A stretch of 61,427 bases of DNA, filler included. It is 7 parts of 7 records of this genome, joined end to end, with 100 filler letters (N's around TTAATTAATTAA, not from the genome) between each part and the next. Parts side by side here need not be neighbours in the genome. Positions count along the whole stretch, not along the records: positions 1 to 18,868 come from SRR31156797_54641; positions 18,969 to 24,569 come from SRR31156797_54677; positions 24,670 to 30,265 come from SRR31156797_54700; 4 more parts are not named here. One strand, 5' to 3'. The position numbers and the translations under genes were made by a program. Shown here piece by piece: positions 18,601-27,968 of this stretch. Within the stretch, counting starts at the first letter, position 1; every line of letters starts with the position of its first letter. The notes below the pieces were generated by a model. It had not been told where the DNA came from and did not search any database. It saw only the letters and a list, made by a program, of their open reading frames with translations.

Positions 18601-18675
18601 GGGGTACGGTCCATGATTGCCGATGGCACATTCGATGCCATTATTGAAAAATATGGATTCAGCGAACTGAGGTAA
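18601..18675 (+). pseudogene. Isolated C-terminal remnant of a family-3 solute-binding protein
   Basis: GVRSMIADGTFDAIIEKYGFSELR* matches the typical last helix of the family; no upstream gene body in frame. Confidence 0.55.
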
Positions 18676-18742
18676 GCGGGGACCGGCGAACCGGCCTGTA
18701 TCCTTTCCATCCGTTCAGGAGCGGGGCCGGGAGGCGTGCAAT

Positions 18743-18868
18743 ATGATCGTAAGCATTGATTTTCAAAAGATCACGGAAATATTTTCCATGGCGGAAGCGG
18801 ATGGAAGGGGGTCCCTCTATGAATATGAGACCTATGAACTTCTCAGGAACTCGGGGGCCGAGAGCATT
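18743..18868 (+). CDS. Probable ADP-forming acetate/acyl-CoA ligase family protein, N-terminus (3'-partial)
   Basis: SD GGAGG; MIVSIDFQKITEIFSMAEADGRGSLYEYETYELLRNSGAE resembles the A..GR..L.E.E...LL..G start of an ATP-grasp domain. Confidence 0.6.
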
Positions 18869-18968
18869 NNNNNNNNNNNNNNNNNNNNNNNNNNNNNNNN
18901 NNNNNNNNNNNNTTAATTAATTAANNNNNNNNNNNNNNNNNNNNNNNNNNNNNNNNNNNNNNNNNNNN
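18869..18968. other. Artificial contig linker
   Basis: N run, TTAATTAATTAA (stops in all six frames), N run; 100 nt. Confidence 0.99.
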
Positions 18969-20635
18969 AGATGGGATTTCCGTAAGGCCTTCCCCTCATC
19001 CTCGGCATAGATAGCATTCATCCGGGCCAACCGCACATCATCGGTGGAAAATCGGGGCTGACCACCGCCTCCTATACACCCACCGGGACAGGACATGACT
19101 TCTACAAAGTGGTATTCGGCCTTTCCGGCCTTGATGTTGTCGAGTACATCGGCGGCATTGCCCAGACCGTGGGCTACGGCGACTTTCAGTTCCACCCCTT
19201 CCAGGAAGGACCAATCGGGTACCGTTCCCTCAATGACCATGGAAGCCTCTTTAACTCCCTTGAGACCCACAACAGGGGTGAGACGGAGATTATCAAAGGG
19301 CAGTTCCCTTCCGGTGACGATTTCATAGGCCGTCCGCAGGGCGGCCTCCATAACCCCTCCGGTATTGGCAAAAATATCGGCAGCACCGGTGGATTCACCC
19401 ATGGGATTGTCCATTGTATTATCAGGGAGGGCATTGAAATCGATCCCCGCCCCCTTGATCATCCTGCCCAGTTCCCGGGTCGTCAGAACAAGATCCACAT
19501 CCTGGTAGCCGGAATCGTTCATTTCATCCCTGGCAGCCTCATATTTCTTGGCCGTACAGGGCATTATGGAGACCACCTTCATATTTTTGGGATCCACTCC
19601 CCGTTTCTGAGCAAAATAGGTCTTGGCAACCGATCCGAACATCTGCTGGGGAGATTTACAACTGGAGAGGTTCTCCAGAAAATCGGGATAGAAGTATTCG
19701 GCGAAATTGATCCACCCGGGAGAACAGGAGGTAAACATGGGCAAAGCGACCTCTTCCTTATCGACCAGGGCCTTTTTGAGACGGGTCAGAAGTTCCGTTC
19801 CCTCCTCCATGATCGTCAGGTCCGCGGTGAAGTTGGTGTCAAAAACGGCATCGAATCCCAGACTCTTGAGGGCTGTCACCATCTTGCCTGTCACAAGGGT
19901 CCCCGGCGAGTTGTCAAAACACTCGCCCAGGGCCGCTCGGATGGCCGGGGCTGTCTGGACCACGACGTATTTCGTGGGATCGTCTATCAGATCCCAGACC
20001 CGGTCGATGTCCGATTTCTCGATAATGGCACCGACGGGACAAACCGCCGCGCACTGTCCGCACTGGACACACTTCACATCGCTCAAGGGATGGGTAAAGG
20101 CCGGACCGATAAGTGTTTCATACCCCCGGTTCTGGGGAAAGAGCGCCCCGACCTTCTGTACCTCGTTACAGGCTGTGATACAGCGGCGGCATTTGATACA
20201 CTTTCCCGTATCCCGGACCAAAGCCAGGGTGGAACCATCCACATAAGTCTCCGGCTTTTCCCCTTCATATTCGGGAAAGGTAACCCCCATCTGGGAAGCC
20301 AGAGCCTGGAGCTCACAGTCCTCATTCCGGTCGCAGTACTGACAATTCCCCTCATGCTCACTCAGGATAAGCTCGATGACCATTTTCCGGGCTTCACGGG
20401 CCCTCTTACTGGTCGTCATCACCTTCATCCCATCGTAAACAGGCGTCGCACAGGCGGGCATCAGATTCACAGCACCCTCAACCTCAACGACACAGACCCG
20501 GCAGGCTCCCAGGGGCGCCTTTCCCTTTAAATAACAGAGGGTTGGAATTTTGGCCCCTGCTTTTTCTGCGGCGTCCAGAATGGTGGCGCCGGGTTTCACT
20601 TCAACTTCGCATCCGTTAACAATTACTTTATGCAT
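18969..20635 (-). CDS. hydA: [FeFe]-hydrogenase catalytic subunit, group A (3'-partial)
   Basis: N-terminal 2Fe-2S, His-ligated HEGNCQYC..C, two 4Fe-4S motifs; H-cluster motifs FTSCSPGW, MPCTAKKYE and EVMSCPGGCIGGGGQP. Confidence 0.97.
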
Positions 20636-23600
20636 TGATCTCCTCCCTGACTTCGGCGGGTTTGCCGTAATCACAGCGCAGGCACCGGGCGCATTGCCGC
20701 AAGGCTACGCCCTCGGTCCAGGGCTGTTCCACTTCATCAAAATTGGTCCTTCTTTTTTCAACCGGTATCAGGGGGACCGGCTCCCGGGGTGTCGCCGAAG
20801 GTTCTTCATCGGGATCGAAGGCTGTTTCCAGCTCTCTTCCTTCTCTCCAGAAAGCGTGGTCCTCACCGGAGAGCATGAAATCAATACCCACCGCTGCTTT
20901 CTCTCCGCCCTGAATGGCGGTGACAACGGAGGAAGGACCGGTTATCACATCTCCGCCGGCAAAAAGCCAGGGGATGGAGGTCTGATTGGTCTGCTCATGG
21001 GTCACAATGTATTTTCCATCCTGAAGCTCCAGACCGTCCAGTTCGGGCAGGGGTCCCAGCTTCTGACCGATTGCAGAAATAATCTGATCTCCGTGAATAA
21101 TAAACTCGGTATTGCTCTCTTCGAGGGGCCTTCTACGGCCCTGCTTGTCGAAGCCTCCGAGGGTCATGGAGACGCATTTCAATCCGGCTACCTTGCCGTT
21201 CTTGAGAAAAACCTCTTTCGGGGAGGTAAGGGCCATGACCTTTACACCCTCGGTGATCGCTTCATCAATCTCTTCCTTGTAGGCGGGCATCTGACTCTGG
21301 GTCCGGCGGTAGGCAATAATCACCTCTTCGGCACCCAGACGAACGGCAGTTCTGGCCGCATCGACAGCCGCGTTTCCGCCGCCGACGACGATAACCTTTT
21401 TACCGCACTTCACATTCCCCCGGATATTGTACTCCTTCAGGAAAGAGAGAGCGTCGGCAACCCCCTCGGCATCCTCTCCGGGAATACCGAGGTCCATGGA
21501 TTCCGGAGCTCCAACACCCAGGAATACGGCGTCACAGCCCTCATCCTTCAAATCCTGGAGGGTGAAATCACGGCCCCATTTTTTATTGGTTTCAATTTCC
21601 ACCCCCAGATTTTCAATCATCCGGATTTCCCGGGCCATAATCTCCCGGGGGAGTCTGTAGGAGGGGATGGCCTGGGTGAGCATACCTCCGGGTCGGCTTT
21701 CGGCTTCCAGAACCCGGGGCCGATACCCCAGCCGGGCGAGGAAGTAGGCGCAGGAAAGTCCTGCGGGACCGGCGCCGACGATAACAATGTTCTTCTTTTC
21801 GTTTTCCGAGTTTTCCCTGACTTCCGGCAGCTGAACGGTGATCTCCTGCTCGACCATATAGCGCTTGATCGAACGGATAGCTACCGAAGCATCGAGGGAT
21901 GAACGGCGGCATTTGTCTTCACAGGTATGAAAACAAACCCGGGCGCAGATAGCAGCAAAGGGGTTTCGTTCCCGGTGAAGTTTCAGAGCCTCGGCGTACC
22001 GTTTCTCTTTGGTAAGGGCGATAAATCCGGGGATATCAACGCCTGCGGGACAGGCGGACTGACAGGGAGCCCGGACCAGTTCGGTGCAGACACCGGCTTC
22101 ACAGTGCTTGTGAATGATATGATCCTCATACTCCTTCCGGAAATGCTGGATGGTGGAGAGGACGGGATTCGGAGCCGTCTGCCCTAATCCGCAGAGGGCG
22201 GTCTGTTTGATCTGAGTCCCCAGCCTGACAAGGGTATCGATATCCTCAAGCACGCCGTGTCCTTCGGTAATCCGGGTTAGAATCTCATGCATCCGTTTGA
22301 TGCCGACCCGGCAGGGAACACATTTACCGCATGACTCCTCCAGAACGAAATCGAGAAAGAACTTGGCGACATCAACCATACAGGTCTCTTCATTCATGAC
22401 AACCAGGCCGCCGGAACCCATTATAGCTCCTAATTCCTTCAGACTCTCGTAGTCCAGGGGCACCGAAAGATACTCCTTGGGGATACATCCGCCGGAAGGC
22501 CCGCCGATCTGAGCGGCCTTGAAGGGTTTATCCTCCTCCATTCCACCGCCGACATCATAGATCAGATCGCCCAGAGGGGTTCCGATGGGAACTTCCACAA
22601 GTCCGATGTTCCGGACATTTCCGGTCAGACTGAATATCTTCGTTCCCGGACTCTCTTCTGTTCCCAGGGTCCGGAACCACTCGGCGCCTTGATGAATAAT
22701 CAGGGGAATCGATCCCAGGGTTTCAACATTGTTCAAGACAGACGGCTTGCCCCAGAGTCCCTTTACCGCAGGGAAAGGCGGCCGGGGTCTTGGTTCACCC
22801 CTCTTCCCTTCAATGGAGGCCATAAGCGCCGTCTCTTCACCACAGACAAAGGCACCGGCGCCCCGGGCCACGTGGAGGTCAAAAGAAAAATCGGTTCCCA
22901 GGATATTTTTTCCCAGAAGTCCCATTTCCCGGCACTTTGCCAGGGCCGTCTCCAGCCTGTTGATGGCCAGGGGGTATTCGGCCCGGCAGTAGATGTACCC
23001 TTCGTCGGCACCGATGGCGTAGGCTCCGATCAGAAGTCCCTCGATAACAGCATGGGGATCGGACTCAATAAGGGAACGGTCCATAAAGGCCCCTGGATCG
23101 CCTTCATCGGCGTTACAGAGCATGTATTTCTTGTCTCCCGGTGTTTTTCGACAGAAACCCCATTTTACAGCCGTAGGAAAACCGCCTCCTCCCCGGCCTC
23201 GGAGACCGGAGCATTTAACCTCTTCGATCACATCCTCCGGAGACATACCGGTGAGAGCCTTGTGGAGACCGAAATAGCCGTCCCGCCCGATATACTCCTC
23301 GATGGAATCGGCTTCGATCAGCCCTTTGTTCCTTAGAACACACAGCTGCTGATTTGAAAAGAAGGGAAGATCCATATACCGGGGGATAATTCCGCCGGAG
23401 ACAGGATGGTGGTACATCAGCCTTTTGACAAGACGCTTGCCTATAACATGTTCGGTGATAATCTCCGGCACGTCCTCGGCCTCCATTCCATGGTAGAGGA
23501 TCCCACCGGGGTACATGACCATAATCGGTCCGACGGCACAGAAACCGTTGCATCCCGTTCGGACCAGGGTGACCCTGTCTTCGAGTTTATGTTCGGCAAT

Positions 23601-23816
23601 CTGCTCCTCCAGAGCCGCGGCGACCTGAGAAGCCGAGGAGGATTGACAGCTCGTTCCCATACAGAGGGCAATATCGACACGACCTCCGCCGGCGTCCATC
23701 TCGGCAGGAAGATCAACATCCGCCGATTCCCGCTGGAGGGTACGAAAGGCCAGGGTTTCGGCCATATCCTTTTTTATGATCTTCAGGTCCTCAAGAGTCC
23801 GGATAAGCTTACTCAT
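20628..23816 (-). CDS. hydB: HydB/NuoF-like diaphorase subunit fused to a GltD/NfnB-like FAD/NADP(H) module
   Basis: CMGTSC/GCNGFC 2Fe-2S; GLRGRGGGGFPT, CNADEGDPGAFMD, GAGAFVCGEET, GGPSGG, SCGKCVPCR; then CQSACP, CARVCFHTCEDKC, GAGPAG, GGGNAAVD, YRR and terminal CARCLRC. Confidence 0.95.
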   Translation of the reverse strand: MSKLIRTLEDLKIIKKDMAETLAFRTLQRESADVDLPAEMDAGGGRVDIALCMGTSCQSSSASQVAAALEEQIAEHKLEDRVTLVRTGCNGFCAVGPIMVMYPGGILYHGMEAEDVPEIITEHVIGKRLVKRLMYHHPVSGGIIPRYMDLPFFSNQQLCVLRNKGLIEADSIEEYIGRDGYFGLHKALTGMSPEDVIEEVKCSGLRGRGGGGFPTAVKWGFCRKTPGDKKYMLCNADEGDPGAFMDRSLIESDPHAVIEGLLIGAYAIGADEGYIYCRAEYPLAINRLETALAKCREMGLLGKNILGTDFSFDLHVARGAGAFVCGEETALMASIEGKRGEPRPRPPFPAVKGLWGKPSVLNNVETLGSIPLIIHQGAEWFRTLGTEESPGTKIFSLTGNVRNIGLVEVPIGTPLGDLIYDVGGGMEEDKPFKAAQIGGPSGGCIPKEYLSVPLDYESLKELGAIMGSGGLVVMNEETCMVDVAKFFLDFVLEESCGKCVPCRVGIKRMHEILTRITEGHGVLEDIDTLVRLGTQIKQTALCGLGQTAPNPVLSTIQHFRKEYEDHIIHKHCEAGVCTELVRAPCQSACPAGVDIPGFIALTKEKRYAEALKLHRERNPFAAICARVCFHTCEDKCRRSSLDASVAIRSIKRYMVEQEITVQLPEVRENSENEKKNIVIVGAGPAGLSCAYFLARLGYRPRVLEAESRPGGMLTQAIPSYRLPREIMAREIRMIENLGVEIETNKKWGRDFTLQDLKDEGCDAVFLGVGAPESMDLGIPGEDAEGVADALSFLKEYNIRGNVKCGKKVIVVGGGNAAVDAARTAVRLGAEEVIIAYRRTQSQMPAYKEEIDEAITEGVKVMALTSPKEVFLKNGKVAGLKCVSMTLGGFDKQGRRRPLEESNTEFIIHGDQIISAIGQKLGPLPELDGLELQDGKYIVTHEQTNQTSIPWLFAGGDVITGPSSVVTAIQGGEKAAVGIDFMLSGEDHAFWREGRELETAFDPDEEPSATPREPVPLIPVEKRRTNFDEVEQPWTEGVALRQCARCLRCDYGKPAEVREEINA

Positions 23817-24327
23817 CTTCGGCCTCCTTATCTTTCAGGCTCTGAACAATCTCTTCTACCCGGTTGGGCTTCACCCGCTGATGGACCTGATCATTGACAA
23901 TAACCACCGGAGCCAGACCGCAGGCCCCGAAACATCGTCCGACTTTCAGAGAAAAAAGTTCGTCTTCCGTGGTCTGATCCACATCAATCCCGAGGACATC
24001 CCGGAATTCGGCCAGGACTTCCTTGCCTCCCCGGACATAACAGGAGGTTCCGAGGCAGACCTGGATGACGTATTTTCCCTGGGGAACAATTGAAAAATTC
24101 TTATAAAAGGAGACGACTCCCGCGACTTCGCTGTAGGGGATTTTCATCAGGTCACTGATCCGCATAAGGGCTGTCTCGGGGAGGTACCCGAAGGTCCCCT
24201 GGGTAGCCTGGAGTACGGGAATCAGTGCACCGTCCCTTCCGGAACATTCGGCAACAATAATGTCGGTTTGCTGTACAATTTCTTCTTCGGTGGGCTTCTT
24301 CTTGGATGAAAGAACTGCCTCAGTCAT
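23809..24327 (-). CDS. hydC: HydC/NuoE-like 2Fe-2S subunit
   Basis: LIPVLQ..Q..FGYLP, VCLGTSCYVRG and RCFGACGLAP motifs; SD GAGGAG before ATG 24327. Confidence 0.95.
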   Translation of the reverse strand: MTEAVLSSKKKPTEEEIVQQTDIIVAECSGRDGALIPVLQATQGTFGYLPETALMRISDLMKIPYSEVAGVVSFYKNFSIVPQGKYVIQVCLGTSCYVRGGKEVLAEFRDVLGIDVDQTTEDELFSLKVGRCFGACGLAPVVIVNDQVHQRVKPNRVEEIVQSLKDKEAEDE

Positions 24328-24448
24328 AGACTTCTCCTCAATATTTGAATACCTCCGGAAGAGTAGTTCCGGGGGATCGATATTCAAGCAGGACAAGCAG
24401 ACTGATAATTCAAGTGAAACATGTAGTTAAAATATTATCGATAAAATC

Positions 24449-24477
24449 AGAATAACTTGGAAATTCCCAGTTGTCAA
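24449..24477 (-). promoter_or_regulatory. Sigma70 promoter of the hyd operon
   Basis: TTGACA-17 nt-TATTCT on the minus strand, with AT-rich sequence upstream. Confidence 0.7.
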
Positions 24478-24569
24478 ACCTTATTTGATTACTATTCGAT
24501 TTTTTTATAACGATACATATTTCTCTATATAAGCAAGTTTTTATAGTAGCCCCACCCACACCGGCATCG

Positions 24570-24669
24570 NNNNNNNNNNNNNNNNNNNNNNNNNNNNNNN
24601 NNNNNNNNNNNNNTTAATTAATTAANNNNNNNNNNNNNNNNNNNNNNNNNNNNNNNNNNNNNNNNNNNN
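24570..24669. other. Artificial contig linker
   Basis: N/TTAATTAATTAA/N spacer. Confidence 0.99.
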
Positions 24670-25605
24670 GCCCTCTTCCTCTGGAAGAAGCAGCCCCCCG
24701 GACAGGGGACGGTCTCCTTCTCCGTCCGTGACGGGAAGGGGCTCCTCTCCGACGGAAGGGGCGACGTGAAGGGGCAGGAGAAGCTCTTCGCCCTGATCAG
24801 CCGCAGGCCCTTCCCCCAGATCCCCGGCCGCCTCTACACCATGGAGCGGGGGGGGAGAGCGGGTGAGGCCGTTCTGCTTATGGCCGAGCCCTGGAGCCCC
24901 GAAGAACAGAAGAAGATGCAGGCCCGGATGAAGAAGATCAGCAACTTCCCGGGAGAGGAGGCCGTTTTTTCCATGAACCTCAGGGTTCGGGGAGCGGTAC
25001 GCCTCCCTTCCTCACTGGAAGACAGGGAGTTCGAAGGGGCTCTGCGATGCGGCTCCTGGGCCCTTATGTCCCGGATCCACGACAAGGCGCTTTCGCTTAT
25101 CGGAAAAAGGAGCCGGGCGGAAGAGGGGGTCGGCGAGGAGGATCTTCCCGGGCTCACGGGCCTCCCCTCCGGCCTGTGCGGGGAGCTCTGCCGCGGCCTG
25201 ATAGGCGAGGGGAAACTGATGCGCCGGGAGGGGCGTATCTATAACCGCAGCGACAATCCGGCGGAGTTCCTGTCTCCCATGAGCCGCTCCTGGCTTATCA
25301 GCCTGGGTGAGGCCGGATTCGAAGGCTTCTCTCTCAAGGAGGTCTTCCTCTCGGAGGAGAAGCTGAGAGCCCTCGGCCACAGGGGGCTTATCCGGGTGTT
25401 CGAAGGATTCGTTGTGGAGGAGGCGGCCTTCCGCGGCAGAATGGAAGAGCTCTTGAAAGAGCTGCCCCGGGAGAAAGAATTCTCTCTGGCGGACATCAAG
25501 GGCATACAGGGACTCAGCCGGAGCCGGCTGCTCATCCTTCTCGAGGCCCTCGAGGCGGAGGAGAGGCTCATCCGGGAGGGCGAAAGCCGGCGGGTTCAGG
25601 AGTGA
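24670..25605 (+). CDS. Protein with a SelB-like C-terminal winged-helix domain (5'-partial, divergent)
   Basis: The C-terminus EFSLADIKGIQGLSRSRLLILLEALEAEERLIREGESRRV resembles the SelB WH4 pattern; the frame is open from the contig edge. Confidence 0.65.
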   Translation, partial: ALFLWKKQPPGQGTVSFSVRDGKGLLSDGRGDVKGQEKLFALISRRPFPQIPGRLYTMERGGRAGEAVLLMAEPWSPEEQKKMQARMKKISNFPGEEAVFSMNLRVRGAVRLPSSLEDREFEGALRCGSWALMSRIHDKALSLIGKRSRAEEGVGEEDLPGLTGLPSGLCGELCRGLIGEGKLMRREGRIYNRSDNPAEFLSPMSRSWLISLGEAGFEGFSLKEVFLSEEKLRALGHRGLIRVFEGFVVEEAAFRGRMEELLKELPREKEFSLADIKGIQGLSRSRLLILLEALEAEERLIREGESRRVQE

Positions 25606-26411
25606 AGCGCCTCTCCCTCCCCCTGCTTGTCCTTTTTATGGCCTCCTGCTCGGGCACACCCCCCCGTATCCATACGACCGACTGGATGCCCGTCTATACG
25701 AAAGACCTGAGCCGGGGCGGAGTCTATGAGGAGCTGGATCTGTATATCCGTCTGGAGGATGAGGACGGTCTGGAGGATATCAGCGAGATCTCCATCCATA
25801 AAGACGATAGGGGATGGGCCTGGAAACTGACTGAAGAGAACTGGACGAGCCTGTCCAGGGACGGGGAGTCCTGGATGGGCGCCTCCGGACTGAGCCGTGA
25901 CGGGGGCATTCCCGACGGGGAGTACCGCCTGAAGGTAACGGACCGGAGCGGACAGCGCTCGGAAACCCTTTTCCAGTATACCAGTCCCGCTTTGGAACCG
26001 AGGAGCCTGCGCTTTCCCCTTGCCATGGACAGGGGAGAGCGCATTCTGATAGACGGATTCGGCAGGGAGCCCCTCCTGCTCTGGTTTTACAACGAGAAGG
26101 GGGACTTCGTCGGCGAGCGGTATCTGGCCCAGGGCCTCTATTCCAGGGATGAACTCCTGCAGGGTGAGACGGGGGAAAACAGGGAGAAGGCCGACTGGTT
26201 TATGATCTATTTCCGGGACGAGGAAGGGGGATACGGCTTGAAGAGCGGCCCCTTCCTGCTGAATGGCATCGCCGGAGGACTCTCCGGGTCATCCAGCGAG
26301 GAACGGGCTCCGGGGGAGACGGCGCCGGCGGCAGCGGACTCCAATGGAGACAAGGGCGCTTCTAATCCTCAGGCTTCAGCTTCTGCTTCAGCCACTTCAG
26401 GGGATTTTTGA
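25602..26411 (+). CDS. Hypothetical lipoprotein with an Ig-like beta domain
   Basis: MKR, hydrophobic stretch and MASC lipobox; DEDGLEDI and GEYRLKVTDRSG beta-sandwich pattern; GTGA overlap with the upstream gene. Confidence 0.75.
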   Translation: MKRLSLPLLVLFMASCSGTPPRIHTTDWMPVYTKDLSRGGVYEELDLYIRLEDEDGLEDISEISIHKDDRGWAWKLTEENWTSLSRDGESWMGASGLSRDGGIPDGEYRLKVTDRSGQRSETLFQYTSPALEPRSLRFPLAMDRGERILIDGFGREPLLLWFYNEKGDFVGERYLAQGLYSRDELLQGETGENREKADWFMIYFRDEEGGYGLKSGPFLLNGIAGGLSGSSSEERAPGETAPAAADSNGDKGASNPQASASASATSGDF

Positions 26412-27273
26412 AGAAGCTGTAGCCGAATTGCTGCGTATACTGTGCGGCGGCCGCCTCCAGAGGGTACTCGGGACCGTATTTTTCCTTCAGATAGTGCCAC
26501 TGTTTCACGATCCATATATAGAGGTCCGATTCGGTCCTTCCCGGAAAGCGGGAGAGGAGGTTGGCCTCTATGATGATCCTGACGATGGGCTCGTAGAGCT
26601 TCTCATACCAGGAGCGGGCGGCTACGGGCAGGGGGATCTCGTCCTCCTGATCCATGTTGATGAAATACTTGTGTCCCAGGATATGCTGAAGCATCTCATC
26701 GTAGCGGCCCGGGGCCGTGAAGTAGATGTCCCCCTCTTCGACGATGCCGTCCAGGTCCGTCTTCAGGATCTGCTCCCTTTCGTAGGCGATAACCGAATGC
26801 TTGAGGTCGAGCATATTCATGCCCTGTTTGATTTCCAGGTCGGTGGTCAGTTCGATCACCTCGGCGTCGATGGACCAGACGCCCTGGGCCTTGGCCACCG
26901 ATACGCGGTGGTTCCCGTCCCTGACGAAGTACATGTCCCCGATCTTGTAGAGCTGGATGGGGGGGAGGATCACATCGTTCATATGGGCCTTGTCGATACT
27001 CTCCCAGCGTTTGCGCAGGTGCTCCTTCTTGGGGAGAAAGGCCGTATTGAAGTCGCTGTAGCGCCCTTCGCTGCCCGCTATATCCTCAATCTTGACGGTC
27101 TGCATTCCCTTGTAGCTCTCCGATTTGGTTTTGATCAGAGATTTCACATCGTAGAAGGAGAGGAGTTCCCTCTTCTCCGGCCGGAGGATGTTCATGATCG
27201 AATTGAACAGGGCCTTGGTCCGGGCCTTGTTGAAATCAGACGTGGCTTGAGAGTTAGCGGCATTCTTATCCAT
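26362..27273 (-). CDS. ParB/sulfiredoxin-like domain protein with a helical (DUF4032-like) C-terminus
   Basis: IAGSEGRYSDF, LPPIQLYKIGDMYFVRDGNHRVSVAK, FPGRTESDLYIWI. Confidence 0.82.
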   Translation of the reverse strand: MDKNAANSQATSDFNKARTKALFNSIMNILRPEKRELLSFYDVKSLIKTKSESYKGMQTVKIEDIAGSEGRYSDFNTAFLPKKEHLRKRWESIDKAHMNDVILPPIQLYKIGDMYFVRDGNHRVSVAKAQGVWSIDAEVIELTTDLEIKQGMNMLDLKHSVIAYEREQILKTDLDGIVEEGDIYFTAPGRYDEMLQHILGHKYFINMDQEDEIPLPVAARSWYEKLYEPIVRIIIEANLLSRFPGRTESDLYIWIVKQWHYLKEKYGPEYPLEAAAAQYTQQFGYSFFKNPLKWLKQKLKPED

Positions 27274-27961
27274 TGTTCACCTCGAAATCAATCAGATAGT
27301 GGTCATAGGTATTGATCACCGTAGTATCCTTGTATTGGGTCACCCTTTTGTCGTTCAGCGAGTAGAGATGGATGTGCCCGTGGAGAAGGTAGCGGGGTTT
27401 GAATTTGTCCATAAACCACAGGAAGGCCTTGAATCCCACGTGACAGGGATCCTCTTTGTCGTGTATGCCCCTGGGGGATGCATGGGTCAGCAGGATATCC
27501 AGATAGCGGCCGTGGCGCATCTTGTTCCAGAGCAGACGGGGAACCATGCGGAGTATCTTCATGCGCATCTGGAACTCGCTGTACTGGTTGCTGCCCTTGT
27601 TATACCTGCGGCTGCCTCCCAGGCCGGCTATGATCAGATTCTTTTTCTTAAAATATTTGACCTTGTCCCCGATGTAGGTCGCGCCGAAGCTGTTCCTGTA
27701 CAGATTCATGGAGCCTCCGGGGCCGTCGCCCATGAGAGGCCCCCCTCCCCGGTCTCCCCTTTTGAAAACCTCATAGCGCTTGAGGTTATGATTGCCGAAG
27801 ACGAAGTAAAGGGGTTTGTTGATGCTGCTGACGATAAAGCCGTAGTACTCCATGGGCAGGTCTCCCGCGCCCAGGACCAGGTCAACATCGCCGAAGCGTT
27901 TCTTTATATTGGGAGAGTAGACCAGGGGATCCTTGTGATCGGCTACCGTGAGAATCTTCAT
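27266..27961 (-). CDS. Calcineurin-like metallophosphoesterase
   Basis: VADH, GAGDL, FGNHN, LTHASP and HGHIH motifs. Confidence 0.92.
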   Translation of the reverse strand: MKILTVADHKDPLVYSPNIKKRFGDVDLVLGAGDLPMEYYGFIVSSINKPLYFVFGNHNLKRYEVFKRGDRGGGPLMGDGPGGSMNLYRNSFGATYIGDKVKYFKKKNLIIAGLGGSRRYNKGSNQYSEFQMRMKILRMVPRLLWNKMRHGRYLDILLTHASPRGIHDKEDPCHVGFKAFLWFMDKFKPRYLLHGHIHLYSLNDKRVTQYKDTTVINTYDHYLIDFEVNNG

Positions 27962-27968
27962 AACAGGC

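Noticed and set aside
18869-18968. Recurring TTAATTAATTAA motif (six copies) as a biological repeat or CRISPR-like element
   Set aside because: Always centred in N runs of fixed total length; it is an artificial six-frame-stop contig linker
24495-24513. Possible Rex operator upstream of hydC
   Set aside because: Only one half-site resembles the consensus, and the region is generally AT-rich
24670-25605. Selenoprotein system around the SelB-like gene
   Set aside because: No selA, selD or tRNA-Sec seen, and I found no in-frame TGA read-through candidates in the redox genes; the adjacent hydrogenase is on another contig
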